Assembly (NCBI GenBank): GCA_002291845.1
Contig: DBAU01000034.1
Location: 4,934-68,933, forward strand
Direction of reading: 5' to 3'
From: Alphaproteobacteria bacterium UBA1002
GTDB lineage: Bacteria > Pseudomonadota > Alphaproteobacteria > Rickettsiales > UBA998
DNA: 64,000 nucleotides
The notes under the pieces were generated by a model. The model was given only the letters and a program-made list of their open reading frames with translations, was not told the origin of the DNA and did not search any database. This document shows positions 38,696-47,011 of this stretch, in pieces. How positions within the stretch are numbered: position 1 is the stretch's first letter; every line of letters starts with the position of its first letter. The position numbers were made by a program, and so were the translations under genes.

Positions 38696-39289
38696 TTACG
38701 TGACGTCGAATTTGCGAAACAAAGCATCGATCGACTGGCCCTGCCCGCTACGCAGGCGGGTATATTCAAAAAAGAAGCTGCGTGCTTCCGGCAGCACGTC
38801 GTAGGTTTCCGCCCAGCGACGGAACTCAGATAAGCGTGCCGGGATGAGCGCATGAAACTGCATCATGCGTTTCTCGGCGGCCTCGACGGCTAGCGCAGCC
38901 GCTGGGCCTTGCGACAATGCATGGCGGCGCAGCGCCGGTAAGCCTTTTTCGATTTGCGATAGTGCGTCCATTTCATCCAGCAGGCATTCGCAGAATTGCT
39001 GCATGATATCCACGAAGAAGCTCTGGCCGCGGGTGGAGCGCACCGCCACGCCGGATTCGTCATTGCCGCTGACATCGATGTAGCTGACGCGCTCGCCGAG
39101 CTTGCGGCTTGCGGATTCCCAACGCCGCGCATCCAGTACGGCATAGTCCTCGCCTAATGTTTCCGGAGTGAATCCCAGCGCTTCAAGGGCATTCCAGAAG
39201 GATTCATCCGCCGACGCCAGCGGATCCGAAAAGCCCGATGGGCGATTGGATGGTGTTGCAAAGGCAGATACGGATAGAAACGACAGCAT
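38696..39289 (-). CDS. hypothetical protein (197 aa from the ATG at 39289)
   Basis: The ORF track starts at a TTG (39325). The ATG at 39289 is preceded by GGGAGG at 5-6 nt. The gene lies 64 nt downstream of nrdR on the same strand. No motif was recognised. Confidence 0.55.
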   Translation of the reverse strand: MLSFLSVSAFATPSNRPSGFSDPLASADESFWNALEALGFTPETLGEDYAVLDARRWESASRKLGERVSYIDVSGNDESGVAVRSTRGQSFFVDIMQQFCECLLDEMDALSQIEKGLPALRRHALSQGPAAALAVEAAEKRMMQFHALIPARLSEFRRWAETYDVLPEARSFFFEYTRLRSGQGQSIDALFRKFDVT

Positions 39290-39353
39290 AAAGCCCTCCC
39301 ACAAATGGCTGAGAGAAACCTGCAAGCGTCATGCCAGCTGTGAGGAAGTATCG

Positions 39354-39809
39354 CTAAATGGCCGAATTGATCTGCTCGACGAACTGCTCGAAATCCTTGG
39401 CTTCGCGGAAATCGCGGTAGACCGAGGCGTAGCGGATGTAGGCTACCGGATCGAGGCGCTTGAGTGCTTCCATGACACGCTCACCGATTTTGGTGACTTC
39501 CACTTCCGTATCGCCCGTAGTTTCCAGCGCTTTGACGATGGCATTGATTTCCTGCTCCACCAGATCGGGATCTACTGGGCGTTTACGCAGGGCAATGGCC
39601 ATGGAGCGTTCGATTTTATCGCGATCGAAGAGGCGGCGTTCCCCGTTGCGCTTGACCACCGTCAGCTCGCGCAGCTGAATCCGCTCAAACGTGGTGAAGC
39701 GAGACTCGCACTCAGGGCAGTGCCGCCGTCGCCGGATCGTCGCGCCGTCCTCGCTGGGCCTGGAGTCTTTGACTTGCGTATCAGGATGACCACAGAACGG
39801 ACAGCGCAT
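39354..39809 (-). CDS. nrdR: transcriptional repressor NrdR
   Basis: Zinc ribbon [17 protein letters not shown]...[15 protein letters not shown] followed by an ATP-cone. Confidence 0.95.
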   Translation of the reverse strand: MRCPFCGHPDTQVKDSRPSEDGATIRRRRHCPECESRFTTFERIQLRELTVVKRNGERRLFDRDKIERSMAIALRKRPVDPDLVEQEINAIVKALETTGDTEVEVTKIGERVMEALKRLDPVAYIRYASVYRDFREAKDFEQFVEQINSAI

Positions 39810-39818
39810 AGCACCTCA

Positions 39819-41180
39819 TCAGGGAATGGACGGATAGATTGGGAACCGCTCGCACAACGCCTGCACCTGGGTGCGGACTTGCTGCTCGATGGCGGCGTTA
39901 TCGTCGGGATTTTTGGCAAGGCCGTCGACCACATCGGCAATCAGTGTGCCGATCTGGCGGAATTCCGCTTCCCCAAAGCCGCGCGTGGTGCCCGCAGGGG
40001 TGCCGAGGCGCACGCCGGAGGTCACCGCTGGGGGCAGCGGATCAAACGGAATGGCGTTTTTGTTGCAGGTTAGCCCGGCACGTTCCAGGCTCTGCTCGGT
40101 AGCGGTACCGGTGACGCCTTTGGGACGCAGATCGACCAACACGAGGTGGTTATCCGTACCGCCCGAGACGATGTTGAGGCCACGCTGCATCAGCACATCC
40201 GCCAGCGCGCGGGCGTTGGCAATCACTTGCTGGCCGTACGCCTTGAAAGACGGATCCAGCGCTTCGCCATAGGCAACCGCTTTGGCCGCGATCACATGCA
40301 TCAGCGGGCCGCCCTGAATGCCAGGAAAGACGGCAGAGTTGATGGCCTGGCCCAGCGTGATATCCTTGCCGGAGGGCGTCTTGCGCACCACTGTGTCGGG
40401 CACAGCGGAGAGAATCATCCCGCCGCGCGGGCCGCGCAGGGTTTTGTGGGTGGTGGTGGTCACTACATGGGCGTGCGGCAGCGGGCTGGGGTACGATCCG
40501 GCGGCGACCAGACCGGCCACGTGCGCCATATCGACGAGGAACCAGGCGCCGACGGAATCCGCGATTTTGCGGATGCGCGCCCAGTCGATCACACGCGGAT
40601 AGGCAGAGAAACCGGCGATAATGAGCTTCGGCTTATGCTCATTCGCCAGCGCTTCGATCTGGTCGTAATCGAGCAGCGCGTCGGATTCACGCACGCCGTA
40701 TTGCACGGCCTTGAACCATTTGCCGGACTGGTTCGGCGCGGCGCCATGCGTGAGGTGGCCGCCTGCCGCCAGCGACTGACCGAGGATGGTGTCCCCCGGC
40801 TGCAGCAGGGCGGTGAATACCGCTTGGTTCGCTTGAGAACCGGAGTTGGGCTGCACGTTCGCGAAGTGGCAGTCAAACAGTTTGCAGGCCCGTTCGATGG
40901 CAAGTTCTTCTGCAATATCGACAAACTCGCAGCCACCATAATAGCGCTTGCCGGGATAGCCTTCCGCGTATTTGTTGGTCATCACCGAGCCTTGCGTTTC
41001 CATCACCGCGCGGCTGACGATGTTTTCCGAGGCGATCAACTCGATCTGGTGTTTCTGACGGCCCAGCTCTTTAGCCATGGCAGCGGCGATCTGAGGGTCA
41101 CGCTCGGCAAGGGTCGCGTCAAAAAAACCGTCCATACGGATGGCGATGTCAGGGGTGTTTTCTTTTTTCTGTGCCAACAT
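39819..41180 (-). CDS. glyA: serine hydroxymethyltransferase
   Basis: [10 protein letters not shown], the PLP-lysine region [14 protein letters not shown], and 453 aa in length. Confidence 0.95.
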   Translation of the reverse strand: MLAQKKENTPDIAIRMDGFFDATLAERDPQIAAAMAKELGRQKHQIELIASENIVSRAVMETQGSVMTNKYAEGYPGKRYYGGCEFVDIAEELAIERACKLFDCHFANVQPNSGSQANQAVFTALLQPGDTILGQSLAAGGHLTHGAAPNQSGKWFKAVQYGVRESDALLDYDQIEALANEHKPKLIIAGFSAYPRVIDWARIRKIADSVGAWFLVDMAHVAGLVAAGSYPSPLPHAHVVTTTTHKTLRGPRGGMILSAVPDTVVRKTPSGKDITLGQAINSAVFPGIQGGPLMHVIAAKAVAYGEALDPSFKAYGQQVIANARALADVLMQRGLNIVSGGTDNHLVLVDLRPKGVTGTATEQSLERAGLTCNKNAIPFDPLPPAVTSGVRLGTPAGTTRGFGEAEFRQIGTLIADVVDGLAKNPDDNAAIEQQVRTQVQALCERFPIYPSIP

Positions 41181-41288
41181 TTTAACGATCCTTAAGACTG
41201 ATTGAAGTAACGAGTTTGCCCAAATTCCTCAAGATTTCGGGTGTTGGAAGGGCTATCCACACCCCATATATGTTTCACCTGTGGCGTT

Positions 41289-41720
41289 TTAGCCTAATTT
41301 TTCGACCCTCCCGCGATGACGTCCCTCCGCAAATGAGGTGGAGAGAAAAGCCCGCAAGCAATCTTTAGCGGTTTCCAGCCCGATCAGCCGGGCGCCAAGT
41401 GCCAGCACATTCGCGTCGTTATGCTCCCGTGCCAGACGCGCCATGGTGCTGTTCATGCAGAGCGCCGCGCGGATGCCGGGATGACGGTTGGCGGCAATGC
41501 TGATGCCGATCCCAGAGCCACAGATCACAACGGCCGCCTGTGCCCTGCCACTGCGTAGGGCTTCCGCTGCTTTGGTACCATAGTCGGGATAATCAACGGA
41601 TGCCTCAGAATCCGGGCCCAGGTCTAACGCCTTATATTCACCCAGCGTGGTAAGAAAGCCTACCAGCTCCTGTTTAAGCGCATACCCTGCGTGGTCTGAT
41701 GCAAAAGCGATAACTTTCAT
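41289..41720 (-). CDS. rpiB: ribose-5-phosphate isomerase B
   Basis: Start at the ATG at 41720. MKVIAFASDHAGYALK and ICGSGIGISIAANR motifs. Confidence 0.9.
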   Translation of the reverse strand: MKVIAFASDHAGYALKQELVGFLTTLGEYKALDLGPDSEASVDYPDYGTKAAEALRSGRAQAAVVICGSGIGISIAANRHPGIRAALCMNSTMARLAREHNDANVLALGARLIGLETAKDCLRAFLSTSFAEGRHRGRVEKLG

Positions 41721-41788
41721 GGCGCTTATGTAGCAAAGCCCTTGGCGCACGCCTAGTGTTTTCTTCACAAAAACGGCGGTTTTTCTGC

Positions 41789-42343
41789 CTATTCTCTGTA
41801 AGCTTCTTGGGTTGGACCCTGCTTCAATTGCTCATGGCTCGGTAGTCCCCGCTCCAGGCTAGCGCTAAGCTCCTTCTTGAAACTCTCTACGGGCAAGCGC
41901 TCTCCTGCAAAGCAGAGGCCCTGTAGCAGCCTCTGAATGTCTTCTTCCTTCAACGGGGGCGATGGATTTGGTGTGTCTGGATTGGTTGGGTTCTGCCAGC
42001 GGCGTCCCATTTCTTCAGCAAGCCAGGCGCTCATTGCACGAAACAATCCATCATATGCTTTGCCCGCCTCCTCCTGTTGATTGAGTCGGGTGATGTGGTC
42101 TCGGCGCAGCCGATCAGCCATTTCAGCGCTTTCTTCTCGCTCTCCCGTATCGTAAATCAGTGTGTTGTTGCCTAGGGTATGACGTATTGCCTGACCCAGA
42201 AAATATCCAGCGGCTTGTCTAAAATCCCTCGTCCCCGCCTCCTCCCGGTTCATAACGCCGATAAGATATCTTTTTGCAATATTTTCCGTGTGGCTTGGTT
42301 GCCGGGTTTCAGGCGACTCTGCGTCAGCAGCAGACATGGACAT
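41789..42343 (-). CDS. hypothetical protein (184 aa), no recognisable motif
   Basis: The ORF lies 68 nt upstream of rpiB on the same strand. It has no signal peptide and no clear SD. It is predicted helical and charged, with a Pro-rich linker NPTNPDTPNPSPP. Confidence 0.45.
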   Translation of the reverse strand: MSMSAADAESPETRQPSHTENIAKRYLIGVMNREEAGTRDFRQAAGYFLGQAIRHTLGNNTLIYDTGEREESAEMADRLRRDHITRLNQQEEAGKAYDGLFRAMSAWLAEEMGRRWQNPTNPDTPNPSPPLKEEDIQRLLQGLCFAGERLPVESFKKELSASLERGLPSHEQLKQGPTQEAYRE

Positions 42344-42466
42344 AATAAAAAGCTTTCAATGAATTAAAACATTATGAACCCGCTAAACTATACCATGCCT
42401 TCATGAAGAATTGATGACGCCATAGCCATTAGCCCTTCTTTAACCATCGCCTGCGATGCTGCGCCC

Positions 42467-43222
42467 ATGGAATGGCTGGTTATTCTCACGGGTGTTTGTC
42501 TGGGGAGTTTTCTCTCGCTGGTCAGTTATCGTTTGCCCCACGGCGGCAAAATGGCGATGGCCCGCTCACAATGCCCGGTATGCCACACAACGCTCACTCC
42601 CCGCGATCTGGTGCCAGTGTTCAGCTGGCTTGTCCATCGTGGCCGTTGCCGCCATTGTCAGGCTCCGATCTCCTGGCGTTATCCGGCGATTGAGCTAGTG
42701 ACGGCAGCAGGGTTACTGGCGGTGTACATGTCGTATGGGGTATCGCCCCAGGCTGTGTTGTTGATGGTGATGACGCTGGCGTTACTGGTTATGATGATCG
42801 TTGATTTTGAGCATTATATTATTCCCGATGAGGTCCAGATGACGCTGGCGTTACTGGCGGTGGCCTACCATGGGCTTCTGGGCACACATCCGGCAGAGCC
42901 GCTAGCCGGAGCGTTGCTCGGTGCGCTGATTGGTTGGGGGCTGCAAACAGGTTACCACAGGCTGCGTAAGCGCGACGGGCTGGGTACCGGAGATGTAAAA
43001 TTTTTGGCGGTTGCGGGATTATGGCTCGGCGCCATCAATCTCATCCCCCTGTTATTTTTCTCTGGGGTGCTTGGTGTTCTGACGGCCACATTATGGCAAT
43101 GGCTTCGACGTGGCGCGTTGTTTCCTTTCGGCCCGGCTCTGGCACTCAGTCTTTGGATATGCGTGCTATGGCCACGCGTGCCGTTTTTCTTTTTTCATTG
43201 GCCGGCATTGTTTCTTGAATGA
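42467..43222 (+). CDS. prepilin peptidase (A24 family, PilD/GspO-like)
   Basis: N-terminal CxxC...CxxC region (CPVCHTTL...CRHCQAPI). Catalytic Asp motifs are present: IVDFEHYIIPD and GTGDVKF. Confidence 0.85.
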   Translation: MEWLVILTGVCLGSFLSLVSYRLPHGGKMAMARSQCPVCHTTLTPRDLVPVFSWLVHRGRCRHCQAPISWRYPAIELVTAAGLLAVYMSYGVSPQAVLLMVMTLALLVMMIVDFEHYIIPDEVQMTLALLAVAYHGLLGTHPAEPLAGALLGALIGWGLQTGYHRLRKRDGLGTGDVKFLAVAGLWLGAINLIPLLFFSGVLGVLTATLWQWLRRGALFPFGPALALSLWICVLWPRVPFFFFHWPALFLE

Positions 43223-43369
43223 CCCATGGCGCAAGGAATTACGGCTGCAATTCCTACAGCGGCAAAATCTGTTTGAAACACGAAACCGCTTATGTTAACG
43301 CCTTATTTAGCGAGTGTATGGTGATTAACCGACTATTAGTTGATTTTTGTTAATGAAAGGCCGTTACCA

Positions 43370-45361
43370 ATGAAGCGCTGGTTTCGCCTTATCCCTGTCT
43401 TTGTGTTGATGCTTGGCTGTGATGGCCAGTGGAATTCTGAAAAAATTGATCCGATTGATCGTAAGCTGAAGCTCGGGCGTGATGATTACCGCGACCTCTA
43501 TGACGGCAAAACTAACAAGGGCAAAAGCGACGCAAAATCCCTGCAGATTTCTCCGCCTGTTCCGGATATCGCGCCCTTGCTTGCTGCCCCGCGGCCGCCA
43601 AGGATTGGTAATAGTCAACTAGTCTCAATTGCGGTCACCGACGATGTGCCGTTGAAAGATGTTCTGGTGGAGTTGGCGCGGCTGGCGGATGTCGACATTG
43701 AAATTGACTCTGGTATCCGTGGCGGCATCAATTTTCGAGCGAAAGAAAAGCCGTTCAATCAGGTAATTGAGCGCATCGCTTCTCTGGCGGGGCTGCGCTA
43801 CAATGTACGCAATGGTGTTCTGCGCGTTGAGCGCGATCTTCCATACGTAGTGAATTATCGCGTCGACTTTCTGAATATGATGCGCAACAGCAGCAATAAC
43901 ATCTCCACGGGCGGTATGGCGGCTGGTGGCGGTGGCGCTGCTGGAGGTGGCGCTGCTGCCGGGGGTGCTGCTGCGGGCGGTGGCGCTGCTGGAGGTGGTG
44001 CTGCGGGCGGTGGTGCTGCTGGTGGTGCCGCGGGCGGGGGAGGCGCCGGCGGTGGTGTTGCTGGGGGTGCAGGCGTTTCCACCACGCAAATTCAAGGGCA
44101 GGTGATGGATGATTTCTGGGCGGCTCTGCAATCGGGCATCTCATCCATTTTATTTACACAGGCAAATGTGTTGACCTCTGAAGCCAACAACCCGGATGCA
44201 AACGGCCAGTTTGGGGCGGCCGCGGGTGGGATGGCAGGGGGTGCCGGAGCCGCAGGGCTTGGTGCAGGCATTGCCGGTGTAGGAGCCGGAGGTGGTGCAG
44301 GTGCCGCAGGTGGTGCAGGTGGCGCGCAGGCCGGTGGAATGGGCGGGGCAACGAATATCATGGCGGCGCCAGGCTACTTCATGAATATCAATCGGCAAGC
44401 GGGAGTTATCACCGTGTCCGCCAGCCAATGGCAGCATGAAACCATCAAGAGCTACATCGAAAAAGTACGGTTGAATGCGACGTCTCAGGTGTTGATTGAG
44501 GCCAAAATCATAGAAGTGACGTTAAATGATGAATACGAGTCTGGCATTGATTGGAAGAATATTGATTTGGGCCGCCTGAATGTAGGGGGTGATTTTCAGC
44601 TGCAGGAAACCGACACAGGCGACTTTATCTCGCTAGCCATTCCAAGCGGAGACATCAACGCACTCGTTACCTTGGTGGAGCAGTTCGGTACCACCCGCAC
44701 GCTATCGAATCCACGCCTCAATGCGATTAACAACCAGCCCGCTGTGCTGACCGTCACCCGAAATGAGGTCGTCTTTGATATCTCGGTCCAGCAGGCAACA
44801 ACAGCGGTCGCTGCGGGCGGGGCCGCGGGAGCGCTCCCGGCGATTCAACAGCCGACGATCACGGTTTCGCGGCAGTTCATTCCGATCGGCATTGTGCTGA
44901 ATCTGCTGCCCACGATTGATCTGGATACCAATGAGGTCACCATGAATATCCGTCCGACGATTACCCGTCAGGTCGGTTCGCGACAGGATCCTGCTCCCAA
45001 TCTGGCTTTTGCGGCTTTATCGTCTGGTGGAGGCTCGGCACAGCAAGATATTCCGCAGAACTTCATTCCGATTATTGAAGTGCGCGAGCTTGATTCGATT
45101 ATCAAGTCCAAGAGCGGCGGGGTAATGGTCATTGGGGGACTGATGGAGCAAAGTTCCACCAATACGGATCGTGGCGCACCATGGCTTTCTGATGTTCCGA
45201 TCCTGGGAAACCTTGCTAAATCTACCCGCAAAGAGGATATCAATAAGGAGTTGATTGTATTGATACGCGCCACCATTGTGACGCCAAACGGGAACTATCA
45301 TCCCATCGATCGGCACTTGTATGAAAAATTTACCAACGACCCGCGCCCTCTTGCATTTTGA
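43370..45361 (+). CDS. secretin-family outer-membrane lipoprotein (MshL/PilQ/GspD-like)
   Basis: Lipobox VLMLGC. The secretin-N-like module is VSIAVTDDVPLKDVLVELARLADVDIEID. The secretin core includes VLIEAKIIEVTLNDEYESGIDW and GGVMVIGGLME...APWLSDVPILGNL...ELIVLIRATIV. Confidence 0.85.
   Translation: MKRWFRLIPVFVLMLGCDGQWNSEKIDPIDRKLKLGRDDYRDLYDGKTNKGKSDAKSLQISPPVPDIAPLLAAPRPPRIGNSQLVSIAVTDDVPLKDVLVELARLADVDIEIDSGIRGGINFRAKEKPFNQVIERIASLAGLRYNVRNGVLRVERDLPYVVNYRVDFLNMMRNSSNNISTGGMAAGGGGAAGGGAAAGGAAAGGGAAGGGAAGGGAAGGAAGGGGAGGGVAGGAGVSTTQIQGQVMDDFWAALQSGISSILFTQANVLTSEANNPDANGQFGAAAGGMAGGAGAAGLGAGIAGVGAGGGAGAAGGAGGAQAGGMGGATNIMAAPGYFMNINRQAGVITVSASQWQHETIKSYIEKVRLNATSQVLIEAKIIEVTLNDEYESGIDWKNIDLGRLNVGGDFQLQETDTGDFISLAIPSGDINALVTLVEQFGTTRTLSNPRLNAINNQPAVLTVTRNEVVFDISVQQATTAVAAGGAAGALPAIQQPTITVSRQFIPIGIVLNLLPTIDLDTNEVTMNIRPTITRQVGSRQDPAPNLAFAALSSGGGSAQQDIPQNFIPIIEVRELDSIIKSKSGGVMVIGGLMEQSSTNTDRGAPWLSDVPILGNLAKSTRKEDINKELIVLIRATIVTPNGNYHPIDRHLYEKFTNDPRPLAF
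43906..44076 (+). repeat. in-frame Gly/Ala-coding tandem repeat tract 1 inside the secretin gene
   Basis: The exact 23-nt direct repeat GGCGGTGGCGCTGCTGGAGGTGG occurs at 43928-43950 and 43976-43998. The tract translates to GGMAAGGGGAAGGGAAAGGAAAGGGAAGGGAAGGGAAGGAAGGGGAGGGVAGGAG. Confidence 0.85.
44204..44350 (+). repeat. in-frame Gly/Ala-coding low-complexity tract 2 inside the secretin gene
   Basis: Translates to GQFGAAAGGMAGGAGAAGLGAGIAGVGAGGGAGAAGGAGGAQAGGMGGA. Confidence 0.8.
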
Positions 45362-45376
45362 TCAATCCTTCTGAAG

Positions 45377-46147
45377 GTGCTCACGATGCCAACAATTATA
45401 CGATTTGTTCTTCTTACTGCGATGCGTGACCGCTTGTTTGCGGTACTCGTTCTCCTTTTATTTGTCGGGGTGGGCATCTCAAGCGGACTGGCCAAGACGT
45501 CCATGATTGAGCAGCATGAAATGATGCTTTCATTCAGTGGGGCGGTGGCAAGATTATTGCTTGCCATAGGCCTGATAGTCTTCGTGTGTTTTCATATTCG
45601 TCACTCATTCGACAGTAAGGAAATAGATGTTTTGCTCTCCCGCCCGATTTCCCGTGCCGGACTGGTCATTGGTTATTGGCTTGGTTTCTCGATGGTCACC
45701 GCCGCTCTGGTGGCAATCAATGCGGCGGTTCTCTTCTTGCTGAGCCCCCTCAGTGTGACCGGGTTTGCCACCTGGGTTGGAAGCTTGCTTCTGGAGATGT
45801 GGCTGGTTGTCGCCATCGCCCTTTTTGCCGCCGTCACATTACGCAGCGCTGTTTCTTCCGTGATGGCGAGTCTTGTGTTTTATGTGGCGGGCCGCATGAT
45901 GGGGTTCTTTCTTGCCACCATTCAGTCACGCTTTGTGTTTGAAGAGCCTTGGCTGAATGCGGCAACCAAAGCCATCATTGAAGGGGTTGCCATTATCACC
46001 CCGCGGCTTGATCTCTACAGCAAGAGCGGGTGGTTGGTATATGGGCCATCCACCGCAGACTGGCAGCTCTTTGTGATGCAGAGTGTCAGCTTTATTCCGC
46101 TCTTGCTGGCGGTGACGATCCTTGATTTTAAGCGCCGCCAGTTTTGA
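45377..46147 (+). CDS. polytopic membrane protein resembling an ABC-2-type permease, with no adjacent ATPase
   Basis: It begins 16 nt after the secretin stop; the ATG at 45386 has the better SD spacing. About 6 TM segments. The motif KEIDVLLSRPISRAGLVIGYWLG resembles the ABC-2 permease signature loop. Confidence 0.55.
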   Translation: MLTMPTIIRFVLLTAMRDRLFAVLVLLLFVGVGISSGLAKTSMIEQHEMMLSFSGAVARLLLAIGLIVFVCFHIRHSFDSKEIDVLLSRPISRAGLVIGYWLGFSMVTAALVAINAAVLFLLSPLSVTGFATWVGSLLLEMWLVVAIALFAAVTLRSAVSSVMASLVFYVAGRMMGFFLATIQSRFVFEEPWLNAATKAIIEGVAIITPRLDLYSKSGWLVYGPSTADWQLFVMQSVSFIPLLLAVTILDFKRRQF

Positions 46148-46157
46148 GGGAGTCCTG

Positions 46158-46916
46158 ATGCTGACGACCCGGCAAGGTTATCTCGCTCTCGCAATTATTC
46201 TCATGGCTCAGCTTGGCTTCTGGGCAGATGTGAGAACGCGGCTACCGGATATGACCATTGTGCCGGATGTTCCCGGCAAGGAAGCACTTCAGGTGATGTC
46301 CTTCGGTGATGAGGAGTTTTTATTCCGCACCATGGCCATGCGCCTGAGCAATGCCGGAGATACGTTTGGCCGCTTCACCGCACTATATAAGTATGATCTG
46401 CACAAGATCTATTTGTGGTTCACGCTGCTCGATTTTTTCAATACGCGCTCCGACGTATTGCCAAGTATGGCAGCCTATTATTTTAGCCAGACCCAGAAAG
46501 TTTCTGACGTGCGCTACATGGTGGACTACCTGTATGAGCATTCGGCCCCTCGCATTCAGGATAAATGGTGGTGGATGGCGCAGGGGGTCTATCTCGCCTC
46601 ACATAAGCTGAAAGATAATGACCTTGCGCTGAAATTAGCTAAACCATTAACTGAGGCGCGGGATGTGCCGCTATGGGTGAATCAGCTTCCGGCATTTATT
46701 TATGAAAAGCAGGGCGAATTTGATGCCGCACTTGCCATTATGGAGAGTATTCTTGAGCACACCCCGGATATTGATCCGGGGGAGTTGCGCTACATGAAGT
46801 ACTTTATTGATGAGCGTATTTCCAAATTGGACGAGTTGAGTGAAGAACGACGCCAGCAACTGGATGATGCGGCCCTGCCAGAGCCCTCTGTGATACCCGC
46901 TCCTTCGGCACCTTAA
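46158..46916 (+). CDS. single-pass membrane protein with a helical, TPR-like C-terminal region
   Basis: The ATG at 46158 follows GAGGGA. The N-terminal TM is YLALAIILMAQLGFWA. AFIYEKQGEFDAALAIMESILEHTPD looks like a TPR motif. No family was recognised. Confidence 0.5.
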   Translation: MLTTRQGYLALAIILMAQLGFWADVRTRLPDMTIVPDVPGKEALQVMSFGDEEFLFRTMAMRLSNAGDTFGRFTALYKYDLHKIYLWFTLLDFFNTRSDVLPSMAAYYFSQTQKVSDVRYMVDYLYEHSAPRIQDKWWWMAQGVYLASHKLKDNDLALKLAKPLTEARDVPLWVNQLPAFIYEKQGEFDAALAIMESILEHTPDIDPGELRYMKYFIDERISKLDELSEERRQQLDDAALPEPSVIPAPSAP

Positions 46917-47011
46917 GTGGGTGATCCGCCTTTGCTATCTCGTCAGTGGCTTTCTCTCGCGGGGGTGCTATACTCTTTGTTGCGGTTGCGAGAACCTAGA
47001 GGGCGCGCACG

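Noticed and set aside
40146-41195. 349-aa ORF on the + strand
   Set aside because: It is antisense to glyA, a shadow ORF with no motif.
43906-44350. Possible CRISPR or other non-coding repeat array
   Set aside because: The repeats are short, have no spacers, and lie in frame inside a continuous secretin ORF.
43625-44437. Several Pro/Ala/His-rich minus-strand ORFs
   Set aside because: They are antisense read-through of the Gly/Ala repeat tracts in the secretin gene.
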